A stretch of 64,000 nucleotides of DNA from a virus: the IMG/VR virus record IMGVR_UViG_3300027708_000019; one strand, given 5' to 3'. The notes under the pieces are model-generated. The model made no database searches and was not told where the DNA came from. It worked only from the letters and a program-made list of their open reading frames with translations. Position numbers and translations under genes: made by a program. This document shows positions 58,537 through 64,000 of this stretch, piece by piece. Position 1 is the first letter of the stretch. Every line of letters begins with the position of its first letter.

Positions 58537-58781
58537 TCTTGTGTCTCCTTATTTGGTACCAATTTAACTTCAGCAGTAATCATCTGTAAATATTCAGCGA
58601 TGCATACTAAACAGTAGTGTTCATCCTCAATCCCAAACTCTGGCATGTTTACACGAATCGTGTATTCACCAATCTCACCATGTTTATCACAAACAACTTT
58701 TGGTGGTGTCTTGAGATCAATTTCTTCTGTTTTTACATCTTTAAATTTGACATCTTGGATGTCTGGAAATTCTTGTGTCAT
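58533..58781 (-). CDS. small hypothetical protein (CxxH..CxxC)
   Basis: AAGGAG RBS; own promoter. Confidence 0.6.
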   Translation of the reverse strand: MTQEFPDIQDVKFKDVKTEEIDLKTPPKVVCDKHGEIGEYTIRVNMPEFGIEDEHYCLVCIAEYLQMITAEVKLVPNKETQE

Positions 58782-58801
58782 ATTAAACTCCTTATTTCAG
58801 T

Positions 58802-58830
58802 ATTATACTATATTCCGTATTAAAAATCAA
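58802..58830 (-). promoter_or_regulatory. sigma70-type promoter
   Basis: TTGATT-N17-TATAAT. Confidence 0.7.
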
Positions 58831-58834
58831 ATAA

Positions 58835-61336
58835 TTAAAAGAATTCTGCCAAGTCATTCTTTTCGTCAACAGACCAGCCAATCGAATTCATAATTGCGGA
58901 AAGTGGGTCAAGGAAAACTTTTTCAAATTGTTTTTCATAATCTACGTATTTATGTAGGTCTAACTGTTTGGGTAATGTTGTAGTAAACGCAATAACATCT
59001 TCACGAATAGTATTTGGTTCACGAAGATAGATAAATTTAATTCTATCGCCTTCACGAATCGGTTGGTATAATTCTGTTAACCCAAGTTCCTTAATGTGAT
59101 GATTGAACATCAACGCACCTCGAACATGAATCGGTGTTGATTTGCGATAAATCGAACCAGAATCAGAATACTCTTTCAAATTGTTTACGCTTCGTGGGAA
59201 TGCGATATCTTCAATCGGTAACCCATAAAACTCTTTTCTAAAATCAACAATAAATTTACGTAATTGAATCTCATCACCAGCAATCAAAATCTTCATTGAA
59301 TCTTTTAATTTACCACGAACTACCATAGGGGTTGACGACTTAACCATCTCAAGACCCATGATTTTCATTTTGGGTTCAGCATATTGAACACCCTCAGAAT
59401 TGTGTACGTTAAGAACATAACGCTTCTTCGCAGTCCACACACCCTTGTCGGCAATAACTTCACGCTTCATAATCATTTTCTGAGAGAATGCGTTTTGTCT
59501 TTGAGCCAAGTCAGAATAACACTTATCTATGTATAATTGAATTTTATCTTCACAAATCTTATCAATATATTCAACAACTTTTGTTTTATCTTTCTGTTGT
59601 TCTTTCGTGAATACTTTATCAACAAGTGGACCAAATCGTAGATATACAGAGTCAGTGTCAACAGCAATTACATAATCTTCTTTTTCAGTCTTGAGTAATT
59701 TGTTGAAGTATTCATTAAATTTCTTTTCCATCCAACGAATAGACAACTGACCACTCAACGTGATACCTTCAGACATGCGTTTGTCATAATATCGGAAATA
59801 TTGATTAGCCAACGCACCATAAGCTGAGTTCAACGCAATCTTAAGAGCCATCTGAAGATTATTCAATCGAGATATCTCATTTGTTAGAGATTCGTCTTTT
59901 GTGTTTTCATATTCTTGTTGAATCTTCAACATTTGTTTCTTTGCTTTACTGCGATTGATGTACATAGTTTCCATCAACTCAGGCAAGAAACCTTTGATGT
60001 CTTTACGGTAACACCAACCATTCGCAGTACAAGATAAATCTAAATCATGAAAACCACCAGTTTCTTCATGCTCAAGGAAATACCCAACACCACCAACGTG
60101 TTTATAACCTGCGTCCATTGTTTCAGGACTAATGTTATATTGCATAATCAAATGAGGATATAGACTGTTCAAGTCAAAAGAAACAACCCAGTTATGCATA
60201 CCAACAAGTGGTTCTTTAACATAAGCACCTTCAATAACAGAATCTTTATCATTGTGTTGTTTGTTTGGAATCACAATCTTTTTAGAACGCAAATGATTAT
60301 AGATGATTGTATCCCACATTCTAACTTGAGAGAACACATCCTCATAGTTTACCTTTGCGTTATACGCCATAACCATAGCCAATTCAATCAACTTCATCTT
60401 GTCTTCAAGTTTATCAACAAGCACAGTATCATGAATGTTATAATCAACAAACTTCTTCCATCCGTAGGTATAGAAATCTTTGAAAGTATCGTATTCAGAA
60501 TAATCTAATTTGTTTTCACCAAGTTCAACAAACGCAATGTGATCCAACTTGTATGATTCTTGCATTGAGTAAGTAAACTTTTTATACAAGTCAATATAAT
60601 CAAGAGCAGAAATACCTGCGATGTCATATGAGATTTCTTCAGATCCCTTAACATGAATCCTACGTTCGTTTATAATACCCCATGGGGATAGTTGCTTAGC
60701 ATGAGATTCGCCAAGCACATTCATAATCCTGCGTGTTAGATACGGAATATCAAAGAAGTTGATGTTCCAGCCTGTAACGATGTCGGGATAGTTTTCTTTC
60801 CAGAAGTCCAGGAAATTCATAAGAAGTGCTCGCTCACTTTCGCAGTGATGAAATCTTACTTCTCTATTTCCTGTGTATGGATTTTTACCAAAGGTATGAA
60901 TCTCTTTGGTTTTGTTGTCCATAAGTGTGATGAGAAGGATTTCCTCATTAGCAGTTTCTATGTTAGGAAATCCTTCCTCGGTTGTGGTTTCAATATCAAT
61001 AGAGAAACATTTGATTAGATCTTTATTGAATGTGATGTCAGTAGGATATGTATCTGAGATATACTGGTAAGCAAAGTTTGTGTTACCATATACCATGAAT
61101 CCTTGAACGTCTTTATAACGATCGATAAATTCTTTTGAGTCGCGAATAGATCCTGGACGAATTGAGTAAACAACCTCACCATCAAGTGTACGGAAAATTT
61201 CACCAGCATTTTTACTCTTAGATGATGCGTAGAGTGTTGGCTTGAAATCTATTTTGTCTGTATATTGTTTTCCGTTTTGATATCCACGTACACAAAGTTT
61301 GTTTCCCAGAGGGAACACATTTGTATAAAATTCCAT
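58835..61336 (-). CDS. 43: family B DNA polymerase (T4 gp43-like)
   Basis: DIET, GWN..FD, DLNSLYP, KIALNSAYG, DTDS, KKRY. Confidence 0.97.
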   Translation of the reverse strand: MEFYTNVFPLGNKLCVRGYQNGKQYTDKIDFKPTLYASSKSKNAGEIFRTLDGEVVYSIRPGSIRDSKEFIDRYKDVQGFMVYGNTNFAYQYISDTYPTDITFNKDLIKCFSIDIETTTEEGFPNIETANEEILLITLMDNKTKEIHTFGKNPYTGNREVRFHHCESERALLMNFLDFWKENYPDIVTGWNINFFDIPYLTRRIMNVLGESHAKQLSPWGIINERRIHVKGSEEISYDIAGISALDYIDLYKKFTYSMQESYKLDHIAFVELGENKLDYSEYDTFKDFYTYGWKKFVDYNIHDTVLVDKLEDKMKLIELAMVMAYNAKVNYEDVFSQVRMWDTIIYNHLRSKKIVIPNKQHNDKDSVIEGAYVKEPLVGMHNWVVSFDLNSLYPHLIMQYNISPETMDAGYKHVGGVGYFLEHEETGGFHDLDLSCTANGWCYRKDIKGFLPELMETMYINRSKAKKQMLKIQQEYENTKDESLTNEISRLNNLQMALKIALNSAYGALANQYFRYYDKRMSEGITLSGQLSIRWMEKKFNEYFNKLLKTEKEDYVIAVDTDSVYLRFGPLVDKVFTKEQQKDKTKVVEYIDKICEDKIQLYIDKCYSDLAQRQNAFSQKMIMKREVIADKGVWTAKKRYVLNVHNSEGVQYAEPKMKIMGLEMVKSSTPMVVRGKLKDSMKILIAGDEIQLRKFIVDFRKEFYGLPIEDIAFPRSVNNLKEYSDSGSIYRKSTPIHVRGALMFNHHIKELGLTELYQPIREGDRIKFIYLREPNTIREDVIAFTTTLPKQLDLHKYVDYEKQFEKVFLDPLSAIMNSIGWSVDEKNDLAEFF

Positions 61337-61339
61337 TAA

Positions 61340-61909
61340 TTATTTTCCATGTACTAGTTGCATGATGTCATATGCGCAGTCATGCACAGGATGATGTTTA
61401 ATTACATTTGATCCCTTGTCGAAAGGAATTGTTAAATCACAGTAACCATTTTTTGCTGTTGTTGTTAAACAGTCTAATGCTGTTCTTACATCTCGCCATT
61501 GATTATATGGTGCGAGTAACTCTTGACCTGTGACTTTACACAAACTGTCAATCGCCATTTGATCTAGTGAACCACGTGCCCAAAATGTATTTTTACCTGG
61601 ATTTCCAATGTAATCACGAAGTCGATTGATGCCTTCGATCGCTTCTAGGTCGTCTTCCTCACTCGGAATGAAACTTACCTTGCGAACGTAGTCATGTTGA
61701 TTTGACCACCACTCAATGGTAGATTTATCAATCGTACGTTTATACTTAGCTACTTGTTCCTGCACATTAAACTTTACAAACAGTGCTTCGGAGATATAGT
61801 CATCGTAGGTTTGTGTTTTATCGTTTGGGTCAAATGCGATAATCGCAGCAGACAATACAACAGTCGTAGACTCTACACCGAGAGTCTCAATATCAAACAT
61901 ATACATCAT
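61340..61909 (-). CDS. dexA: 3'-5' exonuclease (DexA-like)
   Basis: FDIETLG, WARG..D, WRDVRT, HHPVHDC. Confidence 0.75.
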   Translation of the reverse strand: MMYMFDIETLGVESTTVVLSAAIIAFDPNDKTQTYDDYISEALFVKFNVQEQVAKYKRTIDKSTIEWWSNQHDYVRKVSFIPSEEDDLEAIEGINRLRDYIGNPGKNTFWARGSLDQMAIDSLCKVTGQELLAPYNQWRDVRTALDCLTTTAKNGYCDLTIPFDKGSNVIKHHPVHDCAYDIMQLVHGK

Positions 61910-62073
61910 TTTTCGTTATCCTTATCAATTCGAATTATTCGCACTTCATCATATAGAGTGCCACGTTTCAACATATCTTCCGCTACTTGATCTGCTTCAA
62001 GCCAGTTGTCGCAATGTTCTGTTGACATTACCAAACCCTGACGATATGCGACTACTTTAAATTGTGGTACCAT
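61906..62073 (-). CDS. small hypothetical protein (55 aa)
   Basis: Manual translation MVPQFKVVAYRQG...; overlaps both neighbours. Confidence 0.55.
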   Translation of the reverse strand: MVPQFKVVAYRQGLVMSTEHCDNWLEADQVAEDMLKRGTLYDEVRIIRIDKDNEK

Positions 62074-62300
62074 TACAAAATCATCCTTTGTAGTTTCAAC
62101 TTCGCTTCGTGTACTGATTTGAACAAATCTCCGTTGATTTTAATGTTGCGATTATGCTTGATTGCGACAGTAACATTACCAGCAGTGAGTGTGGTAGTGT
62201 CAGTTGTCTTTGTTTTTGATACTGTGTTACCAGTAGAGAAGAATAGCGTGTCCATGAGTTCGTCAGAAGCCATTTTACGCAAAAAGTGGTTATTAGCCAT
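62073..62300 (-). CDS. hypothetical protein
   Basis: Downstream of promoter; start uncertain. Confidence 0.6.
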   Translation of the reverse strand: MANNHFLRKMASDELMDTLFFSTGNTVSKTKTTDTTTLTAGNVTVAIKHNRNIKINGDLFKSVHEAKLKLQRMIL

Positions 62301-62331
62301 ACAATACCCCATAATCAAGAATTATAGTATA

Positions 62332-62360
62332 ATTATACCTCGAAACCTATTAAATGTCAA
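62332..62360 (-). promoter_or_regulatory. sigma70-type promoter
   Basis: TTGACA-N17-TATAAT. Confidence 0.85.
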
Positions 62361-62530
62361 GGGTTTTTCCGAAAAAGACCAAATTGGAGCGATTTTGGAC
62401 GATTTTTGTGGTTTGGGAGGGGTAAAGGTCGGTCCAGACAGAAAAATCGTCCCTGTAGGGTCTAAAATCGGTCTACAGGGACGTTTTTTTGGGTTTTTAG
62501 ACCCTATGAGGACCCCTATGAGGACGCTTT

Positions 62531-62743
62531 TTAGACGTTTCCAAGGGTCAAATACTCTAAAAACATAACACTTTCTTGATATGAACCAAATATTCTAGTA
62601 AAATAGTCGCCTGTTACCTCATTATAACCAACAATCATAATCTGCTCATCAAGGTATACAGACGCTTTGATGAACCAATCACCTCTCATCGCAGTTGCGT
62701 AAGATATAATACCTTTACCGATGGTGACTTTTTTTATACTCAT
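62531..62743 (-). CDS. hypothetical protein
   Basis: Likely start MSIKKV; ATAAATA upstream. Confidence 0.55.
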   Translation of the reverse strand: MSIKKVTIGKGIISYATAMRGDWFIKASVYLDEQIMIVGYNEVTGDYFTRIFGSYQESVMFLEYLTLGNV

Positions 62744-62766
62744 GCATTTATTTATCAGATGCATGA

Positions 62767-62786
62767 AGGGAGCCGAAGCTCCCTTG
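62767..62786. terminator. hairpin with UUCG loop after hsp20 operon
   Basis: AAGGGAGC-CGAA-GCTCCCTT. Confidence 0.65.
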
Positions 62787-62789
62787 TTT

Positions 62790-62870
62790 TTATTTCACTG
62801 GTTTTGGTTCAGGTGACTTTTCATTCACCCAATCCCAATCATCATCTGTCATTGGGATCCAGTTGTTCAT
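62790..62870 (-). CDS. 26-aa micropeptide MNNWIPMTDDDWDWVN...
   Basis: Manual translation; ATGA overlap with preceding small ORF. Confidence 0.45.
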   Translation of the reverse strand: MNNWIPMTDDDWDWVNEKSPEPKPVK

Positions 62871-62983
62871 CTTCCAATACCTCTTGTTATTGCATCCGCA
62901 CGTGCTTTGCGTGCTTCACCAATTGATTCAAGAATTGATTTGAAAAATGTACCAATTAGTTTAAAGAGTTTCAGTGATCGCAT
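62867..62983 (-). CDS. 38-aa amphipathic micropeptide
   Basis: Manual translation MRSLKLFKLIGTFFKSILESIGEARKARADAITRGIGR. Confidence 0.4.
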   Translation of the reverse strand: MRSLKLFKLIGTFFKSILESIGEARKARADAITRGIGR

Positions 62984-63458
62984 CTTGCTCTTCCTCTGTT
63001 AGAAGTTGTTTCTTAGATGCTTTCGCGTCTTTCACTTCAATCTTTTTTGGCTTTTTGTGTTCAGGAATAACACGCTCTAAGAAAATCTTTAGCATGCCAT
63101 TGAACATTTCCGCATCCTTAATTTCTGTTTGATCATTAAGTGCGAATGTACGAGTAAACGCACGATTAGCAATACCTTTGAAGACATAGTCAGAACCATC
63201 TTCTGCAGTAGTACCCTTAACAATCAACTTGTCTCCATCAATCTCAATCTCGATGTCTTGCTTAGCAAAGCCAGCAACAGCGATCTCAATGACATACTTG
63301 TTCTCGTCTGTCTTCTTGATGTTGTAAGGTGGGTAGTTTGGGATATTTTTTGTTAGATCATCATGTAGTTTTGCTAGTTGATTGAATTGCTCATCAAAAC
63401 CAACAAACACTCTATCAAAGTCTTGACCGAAAATGGTCGGAATGAATTTATGTACCAT
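62961..63458 (-). CDS. hsp20: small heat shock protein (Hsp20/IbpA family)
   Basis: NYPPYNI, IAVAGF, GIANRAFTRTF, NGML; AGGAG RBS before MVHKF. Confidence 0.92.
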   Translation of the reverse strand: MVHKFIPTIFGQDFDRVFVGFDEQFNQLAKLHDDLTKNIPNYPPYNIKKTDENKYVIEIAVAGFAKQDIEIEIDGDKLIVKGTTAEDGSDYVFKGIANRAFTRTFALNDQTEIKDAEMFNGMLKIFLERVIPEHKKPKKIEVKDAKASKKQLLTEEEQDAITETL

Positions 63459-63525
63459 AAGTTTTCTCCTATTAAGCGAGTTAGAAAAACCCTCAAGCAA
63501 TCCCCGAAAGCGATTGAAGAGAGCC
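63456..63525 (-). promoter_or_regulatory. ROSE-like RNA thermometer in hsp20 5'UTR
   Basis: CUCGCU-UAAU-AGGAG hairpin with bulged G sequestering SD, plus upstream hairpin. Confidence 0.6.
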
Positions 63526-63533
63526 ATATTAAA

Positions 63534-63613
63534 TACTGGTTACGATTCCAGCGATATCGTGACGCCATATCCGCTTTATGCGATTCGTTACTTAGCGGTC
63601 CTAAGGTGAATCC
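63534..63613 (-). ncRNA. candidate structured RNA B (unassigned)
   Basis: GATTC/GAATC stem enclosing CTTAG/CTAAG; CCGCT/AGCGG alternative pairing; two further hairpins. Confidence 0.4.
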
Positions 63614-63626
63614 AAATTAGTGGGGG

Positions 63627-63716
63627 TTCTGGGCTGGTTTCCCCCAACCAGTTTATCCTAGAGTATTACGTCGCGATAGGACTAGGTTCCATCTTTGACG
63701 TTCCCATCCCTGAGAA
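63627..63716 (-). ncRNA. candidate structured RNA A (unassigned)
   Basis: TTCT..GGG/CCCAGAA closing stem, ACGTC/GACGT stem with CCTAG/CTAGG pseudoknot, CTGGTT/AACCAG hairpin. Confidence 0.4.
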
Positions 63717-63720
63717 TCGT

Positions 63721-63792
63721 TTAGCGATTGGCTACGTACATTGTAATTTCAAAGCCAAAACGCATTTCCGTTGCAGTAGGTTTAGTCCACAT
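63721..63792 (-). CDS. pqqA: PQQ precursor peptide PqqA
   Basis: [23 protein letters not shown] with E-x3-Y core; GGAG RBS. Confidence 0.92.
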   Translation of the reverse strand: MWTKPTATEMRFGFEITMYVANR

Positions 63793-63879
63793 GTTTTCAT
63801 CTCCGTATATGTCCGATTTGGACAATAATACTTATTGCCCGAAGGCAAATAAATGGCTAATGAAAATCATTAAAATCTA

Positions 63880-64000
63880 CTAACTGTTTTTATTTATATT
63901 ATCAAACTTCATCAAAGCAAGTTGCCTTGCTAAAAAAAGTCTAAATTTTACATGTGCACTAAGATCTGTATCTGTATCTTCTTGAACAATTTTTGGACGA
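63880..64000 (-). CDS. 3' end of hypothetical protein (truncated by window edge)
   Basis: Open frame ...KFRLFLARQLALMKFDNINKNS*. Confidence 0.45.
   Translation of the reverse strand, partial: RPKIVQEDTDTDLSAHVKFRLFLARQLALMKFDNINKNS

Noticed and set aside
62062-62568. 168-aa plus-strand ORF
   Set aside because: Antisense to real genes and crosses a promoter and repeat element; likely spurious, as are the other plus-strand shadow ORFs beyond 2674.
63459-63620. N-terminal extension of Hsp20 and overlapping short ORFs
   Set aside because: Strong SD precedes the ATG at 63458; the region is better explained as structured RNA.
1-64000. Stop-codon reassignment
   Set aside because: Core genes are full length in the standard code, and TAA, TAG and TGA all serve as stops.

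Overview
AT-rich 64 kb segment of a large T4-like (myovirus) phage genome, almost entirely on the minus strand; only 1-2674 is on the plus strand. It holds the T4-type replication core (gp43 polymerase, UvsX, gp41 helicase, gp61 primase, RNase H, DexA-like exonuclease) and nucleotide metabolism genes (nrdA/nrdB, thyX, dCMP deaminase). It also holds lysis genes (GH19 endolysin, spanin pair, SleB-type hydrolase), fibre-like virion proteins and many host-like auxiliary genes (PhoH, ClpP, AhpC, Dps, Hsp20, a beta-barrel porin, PlcP-like phosphoesterase + GT2). Elements absent from the ORF track: a circularly permuted two-piece tmRNA (tag ANDSVYALAA), an ArfA-like ribosome-rescue peptide, a 23-aa PqqA precursor, two unexplained structured-RNA candidates and a ROSE-like thermometer upstream of hsp20, plus 11 near-consensus sigma70 promoters. 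The most notable candidate systems are: (1) a phage ribosome-rescue/proteolysis kit (tmRNA + ArfA-like + ClpP); (2) a TET/JBP dioxygenase and a glycosyltransferase that both end in the same LxEFF tail as the DNA polymerase, suggesting clamp-tethered DNA hypermodification; (3) capsid-targeted modular polyproteins with an RNA-ligase-like enzyme and a HIGH nucleotidyltransferase; (4) two paralogous partner + asparagine-synthetase-like cassettes of unknown function. The host is probably a PQQ-using proteobacterium (inference). All family assignments come from motif recognition by eye; no database searches were run.
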